Shown: positions 20,101 through 29,596 of the stretch, piece after piece
Numbering within the stretch: position 1 is the first letter of the stretch
Layout of the letters: each line of letters begins with the position of its first letter
Assembly (NCBI GenBank): GCA_028716045.1
Contig: JAQUQO010000001.1
Coordinates: 942-64,941 of the forward strand
Length of the DNA: 64,000 nucleotides
Reading direction: 5' to 3'
Source of the DNA: Patescibacteria group bacterium
GTDB lineage: Bacteria; Patescibacteriota; Patescibacteriia; JAQUQO01
Position numbers and translations under genes: made by a program
The notes under the pieces: model-generated
Database searches by the model: none
Told to the model about the DNA's origin: nothing
The model's input: the letters and a program-made list of their open reading frames with translations, nothing else

Positions 20101-23100
20101 CCCGACAGTCTTAGGAATTTTAACAAACCGCCCCTTAGCTTTGACGAGTAACTATACAGATGGAGCGGGTGTTTCCGCTGTTGCCATCGGAAGCTCTTCC
20201 TCTTACAGCGCCGGGAAGTTAGCGTCATTTATGAATAACACAACAGAAAAGGCATATTTTCTTTATAATGGTTCTTTGACGATTTATGACGCTTCTAATG
20301 ATGGCAGTCCAACTATTAAACTTGGCGCGGCTGATGCTGAAGAGCTAACTATCCAGTCCGTCTATGACTCCGGCGCCCAGACTTTGGATTACGTCAAATT
20401 CACCACTGATGTTGCTTCCGGCACGGCAGACAAAGGCAAGTTCGTTTTCAATGTTGATGGCACGGATATTTTAACCGTTAATGATGGGGGGATAGAGGTG
20501 TCAGGAACTGTTAGCGGTGTGGCAGATCAGTCGTTGGATGTGCGGAGCGGAGAAGCAACCGGAGATACTAACGGGACAACTCTTACGTTAGCCGCTGGTG
20601 ATGGTGGAGCAGCTACCACGGGCGGAGTTGGTGGCGATTTGGTTATCTACGGGGGAAATGGCGGGGAGGGGGCAGAAGATAATGCCGGCGGGAAGGTTTA
20701 TTTGTTTGGCGGAAACAGCGCGAATGCTGGCGCCGATGGATGGGTAAGTATTGGAAACGTAAATCCAACTCAAACATTGGGTACGGATTCGCTTATGATT
20801 GGGGATGTTCTTGAGGTTGCTGGCGCTGCTTATTTTGACAGCACCGTCACCTTAGCCGGCACTCTTGGTCTATCTAGCGACTTAACTATTTACGAAGCCA
20901 CTAACGACGGCAGTCCGGAAATCCGTCTTGGTTCTGCCGACGCCGAAGAACTGCACATCCAATCCGTCTACGATGGCAGTGCGCAAACTTTAAACTATGT
21001 TCTCTTCCAGACCGATGTGGCTTCCGGCACGGCAGACAAAGGCAAGTTTGTGTTTAATGTTGATGGCAGTGAAATTCTTAATATCAGAGATAGTGGAGCT
21101 CTTATTTATGGTAGCGCGGCGGTGGGTGACGGCGCTTATTACGCTCCGTCTATGACTTTTTCCAGCGATGCCGACACTGGTTTTTATTTGGGAGGTAGCG
21201 GCCAAATCTATGTTACAACAAATTCTGCTCTGACTGCCGCATTTACGACCACTGCTTTCATGGCTAATAACTTAACCACTATCGGCGCTTCCGCAATGAC
21301 TATTGTGGCTAGTGCTAGTGATAATGCCGCCGCTATTGCAGTAAAAATTGGTAACTCCAATCCTCTTTCCACTTCCGGAGCTAAAATTATTTCTTTCTAT
21401 AGCGATAACCTCTCCACCGAAAAGGCCTACATAGACAAAGACGGTTTACTTGGTTTGGATGGTGGCATTACTATGGCCGGTGATATTACCGATTACGAAG
21501 CGACTAGCGACGGTTCACCCGAAATCCGTCTGGGCTCGGCCGATGCTGAAGAGCTCCATATCCAAGCGAACTACACGGGTGGGGCGCAAACCCTTGCCAG
21601 CGTAACTTTTACCACTGACACAGCCCTCGCGGGAGCGGATTCAGGTAAATACATCTTTAACGTTGACGGCACGGATATTTTGACCATTGATGATGGGGGA
21701 TTGGAATTAACTGGTAATATTACTTTGAATTCAAGAGGAACTATCTCAGATGACGGCACTACCTTCACTATCCTTCCCACCACCGGAGATTATGTAAGGA
21801 TCGGCGACGCAGGAACGACTAGCCAATCCTTGGCTGCTAATGATGATTTATTGATTAGCGGTAAATTGGAGGTTAATGGTATAACTTATTTTGATGCTGG
21901 AGCTTATTTTTCAAATAGTTTAGGTGTGATGGACGGCCAGACCCTAAATATGGGAACTATAGCAGGCACTGGTGCTGGTTTTTATGTGGATACAACACAA
22001 GACCAGTTGATTTTTTGGACTGGCACGGCATTAGGAAATTCCCTTATTATTACGGGGGGCAACACAAATAGAACAAAAGACCACGATTTAGTCGATCAGA
22101 CAAATCCGACTTTGGCTATCTTTTCGGCCACTTCTCCGGATACAAGCAACAACGAGTATGGCTTATTAGCACATAACCAAGCTAACTTTGTTCTCTCAAC
22201 AGGCGCTAATGTCGGAACTGGAACTGGACCAACTACAATCAATAACGGTTTTCTTGTCGCTCTTGGCGACCTCACCGCGGCTGCGGCGGGGAACTATGGC
22301 GTGTCTATCACAAGAACATTAAGCGATGCGGCTTCGGCAGGTGGCGAGACCTATACCCACATCTTAGCTAATTTGACAGAGACAGATAAAACCGGCTGGC
22401 CGACTGTTAGTTTGCTGGACTTGCAGGTGGGTGGAACAAGTAAATTCTTAGTATCAGATACTGGTGATTTAACGATTTATGACGCCTCCAATGACGGCAA
22501 TCCTTTAATTACTTTAGGAGCGGCAACAGCCGAAAAATTAACCATTAAAACTGTCTATGACGCTGGCGTGCAGACCTTGGATTATGTGGAGTTTGTTACT
22601 GCCGCTGCCAGTGGCACGGCCGACAAAGGTAAATATATCTTTGATGTAGATGGCACGGATATTTTGACGATTGATGACGGGGGATTGGAATTAACTGGTA
22701 GCGTTAATGCGACTGCCGGATTTACCGATGGGACAATGACGATTGATGGTTCGGGCGCTATTACTGGTGTTACCTCTTTGGCGATGGGCGGGGCGTTGTC
22801 TGGTGTTACCACCCTCGGAATGTCCGGCGATTTAACAATGTCGGGTAATACAGTTAATATCACTCATTCCGGCACGACTTCTCTTACCATTGCTTCCACA
22901 AGCGGAACAGTTGCCATAGAAAGCGTGGTGTTCACTGGTGGAGCTATCAGCTCGGCTACAAGTATTGCTATGGGTGGCACCCTTACCGGCCTCACCACTG
23001 CCATCACTGGCACTAAAAATAACGCTTTGGCAATCAGCGTTCCGACGCAGGGGACAGACGATGCGAACGGTGTAGGCATATCAATCGTTGCGGATGATGC

Positions 23101-25489
23101 CGGAAGCGGCGGGACAGGCAACCATAACGGCGGTATTTTGAAATTGAATGGCGGAGAAAAAGCTGGAACTGGTTATTATGGCTATACTATGGTCGGCGCA
23201 AGTGGAGCTGCTAGTTTTAACGGGGCTATTTATTATGATAATTCATTCTATGTCCAGGGGCGTAGTTATCTTGACGGTTTTACTGTTTTCAATAGCGGAT
23301 GGGCGGTTGGGGATAATGCTTATGTTATGGGTGGGACCGTGGTATCAACAAATTGGTATTCTCACGTTGATACAACGAACAACCAATTTACTTGGGGTGT
23401 AGGTAGCGGTCTGGGGAGACAATTTTTATTAGTTGACTCGCTTTATGGGGGCAGAGATTTTGATATTGCGGCACAAACAGATCCATTACTAGGTATTTTC
23501 TCCGGAATAGACCCCGATATATCAAATAATCAATATGGTGCGTTTTCACATAACCAAACGAATCTGGTTCTATCAACGGGAGCGAATGTCGGCACAGGGA
23601 CAGGGGCGACCACGATTAACAACGGGTTTCTTGTTGCTTTGGGTAGTCTTACTTCCGGCGCCGCCGGTAACTATGGAGTAAGTATCACCCGCACTCTTAG
23701 TGATGCGGCTTCGGCAGGTGGTGAAACCTATACCCATATCCTCGCCAATATAACCGAAACCAACAAAACCGGTTGGCCGACAGTTAGCTTGATGGACTTG
23801 CAGGTTGGCGGAACAAGCAAATTCTTGGTATCAGATACCGGCGATTTGACTATTTATGACGCTTCCAATGATGGCAGCCCAACTATTAAGCTTGGCGCGG
23901 CTGATGCTGAAGAATTAACCATTCAATCCGTTTATGATACCGGAGCTCAAACTTTGAACTATGTTCAATTCACCACTGACGCGGCTTCGGCCACGGCTGA
24001 CAAAGGTCAATTCAAGTTTAATGTGGATGGGACGGAGATTGCAAGGATTGATGACGGGGGATTGGAACTTGATAAGGACATTTTATTAAAAGAAAATGGG
24101 TCAAGTGTTAATAGTGGTATTTTATACATGCAGGCGGACGCTGCCGGAACTACACAAACCGCGCAAATTCAACTTATGCAGGGAGCTGACCCCTGGCTGC
24201 AATTTTATATCCCGATTGACGGTACCGGTAGTGCGGCGACAGTCCTTAAAATCAAGGACGACCGGATTATCCTTGGTACTGATGAATTAGCGACCGACGC
24301 CGTAATAGAGTTTTGGGGCAATAGTAATAGCGGCACGCTGACATATATGGAAGATGAAGACAGATTTGATTTTGCCGAAACAGTCAAGGCCGTCGGTTTG
24401 CAAAGTACTAATCAAGTTATTATCTACAACGGCACTGACCCTTCGGCTTCGGTGACTGACGCCATTATCCTTTACGCCGTTGATTATGATGACGGCGATG
24501 CGTCAGTCACTTCCGAATTATTTGTTCGTGACGAGGACGGCAATGAAACCAACCTTTCTCCGCATAATTTTTCGGCTATTCCGGAAGGCAAGAGCGAAGA
24601 AATGGCCTGGTCATTCTTTTCTAGAAAAGATGACAAAGAAATTAACGTGGATATGACCAAGGTGGTGAGAATTTTGGAAGAGTTGACCGGCGAACAGCTG
24701 ATTTACATCAAAGATTTAAATGAAAATAAATTATTAGATAAAGAATCGGACAAAGACAAATACGAAGTGCCGGATTATTTGGATGATTCCTTGGTGTTAG
24801 CTGACATAATTTCCAACGGTTTGAACAATGGCGAGGTGGTGACCAGCGATGGAGCGACGGCCTATTGGTCGCTTGACGACAAAGACAATTTAATTACCGC
24901 CAAAGCCTTTGGCGTGGAGTTTGAAACATCGGACGGCAAACGCGTGATGTTCTCTTTGCTTTCCGATAAAGCGGAATTAATGATTTCCGGCTCCTCCACT
25001 TTGACCAATGGCCAAAAGATTATACTCTTTGAAGAAGTTGACCCGACTTTTGCGGAGATAATTTCTCACAAGGTTCCTTTTAAAGTTATTTTAACTCCGA
25101 CCCAAAATACGCAGGGCTTGTATGTTTCGGAAAAAATGAAATCAACGGACGATAAATATATCGGTTTCACGGTCAGAGAGTTAAACGGCGGTAATTCCAA
25201 CATTGATTTTGATTGGATGGTGATGGCGGTGCGCGCTGGCTATGAGCCGGAAGAAGAAATCGTTGTTGAACCAGTTGCGCCATCTACAGAACCGACCGTG
25301 GAAAATCCGCCAATTGAAGACCCCGACCAAAGTGGAGGGGCAGATAATCCGCCCGCCGAGGAACCTCCGGCAGAAGAACCGGTAGTAGAGAATCCTCCAG
25401 TTGAAGAAGAGCCGGCCGCCGAAAACCCGCCAGAGGAAGAACCTCCGATTGTTGAGGAACCACCCGTGGAAGAACCCCCGGTAGAATAA
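17120..25489 (+). CDS. Giant 2789-aa secreted fibre/adhesin-like protein with internal repeats and acidic Pro/Glu tail
   Basis: Signal peptide, Gly/Thr/Ala/Asp-rich beta-type sequence, six ~73-aa repeats, two ~125-aa repeats, and an EEPP-repeat C-terminus. Confidence 0.8.
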   Translation: MWRVKKVFTAFVWFLAITFFIGIAAAKAGSLTPSAAPGSTMRSLSEIFNTLAGTYDSSAQIADIDGNVSQQLKYIAGLSLQNIYTNSSAATITTTDNKTITFSLADTATDSNLLVNILGGNKFEVQNNGTAVFTVNSDSVDILSAAAPTVDAAGEIAIDSTIANQQGTLVFHNGTAEQYTVALAAADLPTTDDYVLAYDADNDKYYFKAVSSASSAYDDIGDPDADSTIAFAGYTNTWTSTLDTGTISTISNTDSNDFSGATSILDLKLSNDGDANGYFLRGYDNSGNDLKFSIGSNGAVVFGSASVSSLNVNNGGITNGGNIDATAGLDVSGGAFSFTGTAGSWTIAAANSALTQTGTGTVIFTGNVDAGLGLDVTGAITGTTSLDVDGSVNLADTTAGSDVTIGNATGNIALTSDNFDTTLTDAIDDVFQIKNATGGTVYFDIDLGAADAVTLGNAAATLTLAGSTITADNLTVTNDIALTSGGSIATTANGNLTLLPNGSGITIVGDAGATSHTLNTNDDLFIAGRLEVDGAAYFDSTITIAPLSANAQKGITLTVSADTDGDIVYGTYSTVNTGTGTLAADGRFAYGVYNSVEASTDTDVGENYQAVAVGVRNDLTVTGEMGVSTGVYNYADANLEDYGEIEGVWNYLSPTTIITPNGGNLTGVGNAIYANNLTAGNTLTIYGVRNDILTTSAGGTITAYGVDSNMRTKAGDTGYHISIGNGWGASTGGTQYGFYSNVSDTDITYYPIYEATNKGYNILYSNTRIGGTTDPTNALSVTGMVDFSSALALGSDLTIYEATNDGSPEIRLGSADAEELHIQANYTGGAQTLASVTFTTDTALAGADSGKYIFNVDGADILTIDDGGIDVVNSITARDETLTYDALGATYPSTAGLVLQNTTAATNVAAQYSPALEFITQAWSGTATQTDNWRIFAAPIYPGAHRNDLQIYSKEGAGAWTRRAFWMEDGSLVLGSNSALQLNPVQTTFGVTYTPTVLGILTNRPLALTSNYTDGAGVSAVAIGSSSSYSAGKLASFMNNTTEKAYFLYNGSLTIYDASNDGSPTIKLGAADAEELTIQSVYDSGAQTLDYVKFTTDVASGTADKGKFVFNVDGTDILTVNDGGIEVSGTVSGVADQSLDVRSGEATGDTNGTTLTLAAGDGGAATTGGVGGDLVIYGGNGGEGAEDNAGGKVYLFGGNSANAGADGWVSIGNVNPTQTLGTDSLMIGDVLEVAGAAYFDSTVTLAGTLGLSSDLTIYEATNDGSPEIRLGSADAEELHIQSVYDGSAQTLNYVLFQTDVASGTADKGKFVFNVDGSEILNIRDSGALIYGSAAVGDGAYYAPSMTFSSDADTGFYLGGSGQIYVTTNSALTAAFTTTAFMANNLTTIGASAMTIVASASDNAAAIAVKIGNSNPLSTSGAKIISFYSDNLSTEKAYIDKDGLLGLDGGITMAGDITDYEATSDGSPEIRLGSADAEELHIQANYTGGAQTLASVTFTTDTALAGADSGKYIFNVDGTDILTIDDGGLELTGNITLNSRGTISDDGTTFTILPTTGDYVRIGDAGTTSQSLAANDDLLISGKLEVNGITYFDAGAYFSNSLGVMDGQTLNMGTIAGTGAGFYVDTTQDQLIFWTGTALGNSLIITGGNTNRTKDHDLVDQTNPTLAIFSATSPDTSNNEYGLLAHNQANFVLSTGANVGTGTGPTTINNGFLVALGDLTAAAAGNYGVSITRTLSDAASAGGETYTHILANLTETDKTGWPTVSLLDLQVGGTSKFLVSDTGDLTIYDASNDGNPLITLGAATAEKLTIKTVYDAGVQTLDYVEFVTAAASGTADKGKYIFDVDGTDILTIDDGGLELTGSVNATAGFTDGTMTIDGSGAITGVTSLAMGGALSGVTTLGMSGDLTMSGNTVNITHSGTTSLTIASTSGTVAIESVVFTGGAISSATSIAMGGTLTGLTTAITGTKNNALAISVPTQGTDDANGVGISIVADDAGSGGTGNHNGGILKLNGGEKAGTGYYGYTMVGASGAASFNGAIYYDNSFYVQGRSYLDGFTVFNSGWAVGDNAYVMGGTVVSTNWYSHVDTTNNQFTWGVGSGLGRQFLLVDSLYGGRDFDIAAQTDPLLGIFSGIDPDISNNQYGAFSHNQTNLVLSTGANVGTGTGATTINNGFLVALGSLTSGAAGNYGVSITRTLSDAASAGGETYTHILANITETNKTGWPTVSLMDLQVGGTSKFLVSDTGDLTIYDASNDGSPTIKLGAADAEELTIQSVYDTGAQTLNYVQFTTDAASATADKGQFKFNVDGTEIARIDDGGLELDKDILLKENGSSVNSGILYMQADAAGTTQTAQIQLMQGADPWLQFYIPIDGTGSAATVLKIKDDRIILGTDELATDAVIEFWGNSNSGTLTYMEDEDRFDFAETVKAVGLQSTNQVIIYNGTDPSASVTDAIILYAVDYDDGDASVTSELFVRDEDGNETNLSPHNFSAIPEGKSEEMAWSFFSRKDDKEINVDMTKVVRILEELTGEQLIYIKDLNENKLLDKESDKDKYEVPDYLDDSLVLADIISNGLNNGEVVTSDGATAYWSLDDKDNLITAKAFGVEFETSDGKRVMFSLLSDKAELMISGSSTLTNGQKIILFEEVDPTFAEIISHKVPFKVILTPTQNTQGLYVSEKMKSTDDKYIGFTVRELNGGNSNIDFDWMVMAVRAGYEPEEEIVVEPVAPSTEPTVENPPIEDPDQSGGADNPPAEEPPAEEPVVENPPVEEEPAAENPPEEEPPIVEEPPVEEPPVE

Positions 25490-25497
25490 CTTTTAAA

Positions 25498-25574
25498 TCA
25501 GATTCTTCCCCCGCCAAGGCGGGGTCAGAATGACACACTTATTGTCATCCTGAACGCAGTGAAGGATCTCTAAT
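25498..25574. repeat. Left REP-like doublet (units A and B) flanking the GIY-YIG gene
   Basis: A = tcagattcttcccccgccaaggcggggtcagaatgaca (25498-25535); B = tgtcatcctgaacgcagtgaaggatctctaat (25543-25574). Confidence 0.9.
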
Positions 25575-25582
25575 TCGAACCC

Positions 25583-25870
25583 ATGTCCAAAAGATATTTT
25601 GTTTATATTATGACTAATAGAACAGATAAGGTCTTATACACGGGTATTACAAACAACATAATAGCGAGAGCGTATCAACATAAAAACAAGTTGATTAAAG
25701 GATTTACTGAAAAATATAATGTTGGCAAACTAGTTTATTGCGAAGACACAAATGATGTCGGAGCGGCCCTTGAAAGAGAAAAGGAAATAAAGGGTTGGTT
25801 GAGGAGAAAGAAAATCGCCCTGATAACACAAGCCAATCCTAAATGGGAAGATTTGTCGGAAAATATGTAG
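25583..25870 (+). CDS. Small GIY-YIG nuclease family protein
   Basis: YFVYIMTN...LYTGITNN...R..QHK...FT.KY...LVY.E...A..REKEIKGW.R.KK..LI...NP.W.DL. Confidence 0.92.
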   Translation: MSKRYFVYIMTNRTDKVLYTGITNNIIARAYQHKNKLIKGFTEKYNVGKLVYCEDTNDVGAALEREKEIKGWLRRKKIALITQANPKWEDLSENM

Positions 25871-25873
25871 AAT

Positions 25874-25981
25874 TCAGATTCTTCCCCCGCCAAGGCGGGG
25901 TCAGAATGACAAAAAAATAAAAAGTTAGGATGACAATACAAAAACATGATGTCATCCTGAACGCAGTGAAGGATCTCTAAT
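25874..25981. repeat. Right REP-like doublet, identical A and B units
   Basis: A at 25874-25911 and B at 25950-25981 match the left copies; a partial aggatgaca lies between them. Confidence 0.9.
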
Positions 25982-25988
25982 CAAACTT

Positions 25989-26258
25989 ATGTCCGAGAAA
26001 AACATCAAATTAAAATGTTTTAAAAGGATAGCGATTTATGTTTTCGCTTTCTTTTTGCTTTTAGGACTTTTTAAGGTTGTTGACTGGGTGCGGGCCGGCA
26101 GTTTGAACCCCACCGCCGCACCGGCTACTAGTATGAACAGTTTGGAGGATGTTTGGAATGTGGTGGTTGGTACTTATGATTCCAGCGCCGTTGACGCCAA
26201 TGCCAACGGGAGTATTTTAGAACAATTGAAAGATATAAAAGAGGGGCTGGGAATGTGA
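25989..26258 (+). CDS. Small membrane-anchored protein paralogous to the N-terminal module of the giant protein
   Basis: AGSLNPTAAPATSMNSLEDVWNVVVGTYDSS...GSILEQLKDI versus AGSLTPSAAPGSTMRSLSEIFNTLAGTYDSS...GNVSQQLKYI. Confidence 0.75.
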   Translation: MSEKNIKLKCFKRIAIYVFAFFLLLGLFKVVDWVRAGSLNPTAAPATSMNSLEDVWNVVVGTYDSSAVDANANGSILEQLKDIKEGLGM

Positions 26259-26305
26259 TGGTAAGAATATAGAATTGTCTCTTGGTTATTTTTTAACACG
26301 CAAAA

Positions 26306-28924
26306 GTGATTAAAAGAAAAGCAATAAATTTTTTAATATTTTTTTTCGGAGCTTTTTCTCTGGCTCTGATTTTTTTTGTTTTTCAGCCGGCCTTAGCCAG
26401 TACCACCGACGGCACAATTGACAGTTCCTATCCATATGCCTGGGGCGAGAACATTGGCTGGCTTAATTTAGGCACAACGGAAGGCGATGTGCATGTCACT
26501 GATTCGGCTTTGTCCGGCTACGCCTGGGGCGAGAACATCGGCTGGATTTCTCTTAATTGTTCCGATGGCAATTCCTGCGCTACGGTGGATTATAAAGTAG
26601 CCAATGACGGGGGCGGCACTTTGTCCGGCTATGCCTGGGGCGAAAACGTGGGCTGGATAAATTTTAATCCGACTTACGGCGGCGTAAGTATAGATAGTTC
26701 TGGTAATTTTAGCGGCTATGCCTGGGGCGAAAATACCGGCTGGATTATTTTTAATTGTTCAACAACTTCTTCTTGCGCGACCGTTGATTATTCCGTCAGG
26801 ACAGATTATCGCCCGGGTTCGTCCAGGTCAAAATGTAATAACGACATAGATGATGACGGTGACGGTCGGACGGATTACCCGGCTGATAACGGCTGTACTT
26901 CTGCTGATGATAATGATGAAGGTGATGGCGGCGGACCGGGACCGGCATCTCCCGGTGATGGCGGCGGAGGGCTGCCCCCGGCCTTTAAAGTCGTTATTAA
27001 TAATAATGATGTTTATACCAACAATCGCTCCATAAGTTTGCGGTTGGAATTTGATGCCACAGTTCAAAAGATAGCTATTTCCAATCGGACGGATTTTTTA
27101 AATGCTGTTCAGGAACTTCCCGTTTCGGTGAAAGGATGGGATTTATGCGGACGGGATTTAGAGTGCCCGGCGGGCGACTATACGATTTACGTCCATTTTT
27201 ATGACCAATACGGGTTTATTCTCGGCACTTTTTCCGATTCTATAAAATTAGATTATGCTTATGCCCCAGTTCTTCCTCCGGCTGAAGCGGTTGCGCCAAG
27301 CGAAGAAGTTTCTCCGGGTGTAGAAATAGCCCCTCCCACCACGCTGCCTTCCGGTGAGCAACCATTTTTCCCTCCGCTTCCGGAACAGATAGAAAAGGTC
27401 TTGGATTTAGTTCCTAAATTTTTAAGCAAATTGGTCCCCGGATTTTTAAAATCAAAAATAGAAGGGCTGGCTCCCTCGGAAGTCCCCTTGGAAAAAATAG
27501 TCCCGCTTTATACGCCCTTGGCAATGAAGGGCGAGTGGGATTTATTTTCGCGGGAACCTTTAAGGAGGTTTGTTTTCGCGCCTTTGCCCACAAGCATCCG
27601 CGCTTTGACGCAGAAATTTCCGGAGTTAGGCAAGACCTTCGCGGAAGTCGGAATCACCAAAGTCACCGATATCCAGAAACTGGAAAACGCGCAGATTACT
27701 TTGCCGGGCTTGTCCGAACTCGTCGGCTTGCCGACAGTTGAGGAATGGGGCCAGTTGACCCTCGTTCAATTGGGGCAGATGTCTGGCGTAGAGATAAAAA
27801 ATACCGGCTTGGAGAATTTCACTTTGGAGCAATTGGAAGCCTTGGCCGGAGCGGAATTTAGCAAACTGACTTTATCCGAACTCCAAAAAATTATCGGAGT
27901 TCCGGCAACAAATACGGGAATTGAGAGTTTAACCCTGGCTCGCCTAGAGCAAGGTGCTGGTTTGCCGGCAACGGCGATTGAAGCCGGTGAATTAACTTTG
28001 CCACGCGGCATACCTTTAGCCCAATTACCTTTTCAATTTAAACAAAAGATGCCTTCGGAAATTATTTTTGCCAGAACCGGCGGGGAAATTATAGATTTTA
28101 ATATCGCCCTGACCATCAACGAGAGGGGGCAGGCGGAGCAGAAAATTGTGACCGTGGCGGGCCGCACTTTGAATCTGGCGGTGAAACCCGACGGCCCGGC
28201 TCAAAAAGTTATTGGCTATTTAGTTTTTAAATCACGCGCTTCAACTCCCACGGCTTTTGAGGGGCCGGTGGATTCTTTGATTTATTCCTGGCTTTTTGGT
28301 CAGCCGGCGCTGGCGCAGGAGGAAAAAGAGCCGGTGCGCGTTGAAGAAAAGTTGGTGCTATTAGAATTTGAATATACCGACCCGGATAATGATGGCATTT
28401 ACACGGCGGAAATTCAGGCGCCGGTAGTTGACGGTGAATACGAAATTATTACGGTGATTGATTATATTGACCCGGAAGTGGGGCGGCGTCAGTTGCGCCT
28501 GCTGGCGGTGGTTGACCCGGAAGGTTATATTTATGAGGGTTACGGCGATAAAGAAATTCGCGTTCCGGGCGCCATTGTTTCTATCTTTTGGTTAAACCCG
28601 CAAACTAAGGCCTATGAACTCTGGCCGGCTAAAGATTATCAACAGGAAAACCCGCAGGTGACAGATATTACCGGCAAATACTCTTTTTTGGTGCCGCCGG
28701 GGTTTTACTATACCACGGTAGAGGCCAATGGTTATCTTAAATATGAAGGCAAGCCTTTTCAGGTAAAAGAAGGCCGGGGCGTGCATTTTAATATAGAAAT
28801 AAAGCCCAAATATTGGTGGTTGAAAACTTTGGACTGGAAAACCGCGGCTTTAGCAGTGGTGATTTTGTTCTTACTTTACAATTTTTATCAGGACCGCAAA
28901 AGAGATAGATGTTTAAGAAAATAG
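26306..28924 (+). CDS. Surface protein with YAWGEN(I/V/T)GW repeats, acidic Ca-binding-like motif and C-terminal beta-sandwich plus TM anchor
   Basis: Four YAWGENxGW repeats, CNNDIDDDGDGRTDYPADNGC, NPQVTDITGKYSFLVPPG, and a C-terminal TM segment. Confidence 0.75.
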   Translation: MIKRKAINFLIFFFGAFSLALIFFVFQPALASTTDGTIDSSYPYAWGENIGWLNLGTTEGDVHVTDSALSGYAWGENIGWISLNCSDGNSCATVDYKVANDGGGTLSGYAWGENVGWINFNPTYGGVSIDSSGNFSGYAWGENTGWIIFNCSTTSSCATVDYSVRTDYRPGSSRSKCNNDIDDDGDGRTDYPADNGCTSADDNDEGDGGGPGPASPGDGGGGLPPAFKVVINNNDVYTNNRSISLRLEFDATVQKIAISNRTDFLNAVQELPVSVKGWDLCGRDLECPAGDYTIYVHFYDQYGFILGTFSDSIKLDYAYAPVLPPAEAVAPSEEVSPGVEIAPPTTLPSGEQPFFPPLPEQIEKVLDLVPKFLSKLVPGFLKSKIEGLAPSEVPLEKIVPLYTPLAMKGEWDLFSREPLRRFVFAPLPTSIRALTQKFPELGKTFAEVGITKVTDIQKLENAQITLPGLSELVGLPTVEEWGQLTLVQLGQMSGVEIKNTGLENFTLEQLEALAGAEFSKLTLSELQKIIGVPATNTGIESLTLARLEQGAGLPATAIEAGELTLPRGIPLAQLPFQFKQKMPSEIIFARTGGEIIDFNIALTINERGQAEQKIVTVAGRTLNLAVKPDGPAQKVIGYLVFKSRASTPTAFEGPVDSLIYSWLFGQPALAQEEKEPVRVEEKLVLLEFEYTDPDNDGIYTAEIQAPVVDGEYEIITVIDYIDPEVGRRQLRLLAVVDPEGYIYEGYGDKEIRVPGAIVSIFWLNPQTKAYELWPAKDYQQENPQVTDITGKYSFLVPPGFYYTTVEANGYLKYEGKPFQVKEGRGVHFNIEIKPKYWWLKTLDWKTAALAVVILFLLYNFYQDRKRDRCLRK

Positions 28925-28984
28925 TGGATAAAACCTTGTAATAAATTTTAAAATAATATATAATAAATAAACATAATAAATAGT

Positions 28985-29344
28985 ATGAGCGTTAAAAAAG
29001 CCATTCTTACGGTCGTCATTCTCTTGCTAATCGCGGGCAATGTTTTTGCCATCACCCGCTATTTTATGGTATTTAAGGAGTGTCAGCAGCTTAAATCTAC
29101 CCTGAATGGAGAGGAAACAAACGGAAAGGTTTTAAGTTTTACGAACTTGTTTATTAAACATGTTCTTAAGGCGCAGGGGGAGGTGGATTTTGAAACCCGT
29201 TTAAAGTTGGAAAATGCCGTCAGGGAAATTGATGACCAGGAGATTTTAGCACAATGGCAGAAATTTACCGAAAGCCGTACGGAAGCCGAAGCCCAGCTGG
29301 AAGTTAAGAATCTTTTGGAGATGCTGGTGAAAAAAATCAAATAG
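28985..29344 (+). CDS. Hypothetical membrane-anchored protein
   Basis: N-terminal TM segment followed by a helical domain. Confidence 0.65.
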   Translation: MSVKKAILTVVILLLIAGNVFAITRYFMVFKECQQLKSTLNGEETNGKVLSFTNLFIKHVLKAQGEVDFETRLKLENAVREIDDQEILAQWQKFTESRTEAEAQLEVKNLLEMLVKKIK

Positions 29345-29435
29345 GGTTTTTATATGTTAAAAACAGAAATCCCGATTTAAAAGGATGTCTGTTTTTATTT
29401 TATAGGGGTTTTGGATTTTAAAACTCTAATTATAA

Positions 29436-29553
29436 TGTCATCCTGACCCCGCAAATGCGGGGGAAGGATATGAACCCGAGATTCTTCGTCCCGTCCCGAG
29501 TACTCGGGATCCAGGACTCAGAATAACAAGTGGGGGTGAGGGTCAGAATGACA
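29436..29553. repeat. Gene-less GTCA-type REP doublet with nested CCGAGTACTCGG palindrome
   Basis: tgtcatcctgaccccgcaaatgcgggggaagga ... gagattcttcgtcc[cgtcccgagtactcgggatcc]aggactcagaataaca ... gtcagaatgaca. Confidence 0.75.
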
Positions 29554-29596
29554 ATAAAAAAGCGGGATTAAAGAATAAGTATTAAAAATATATTTT

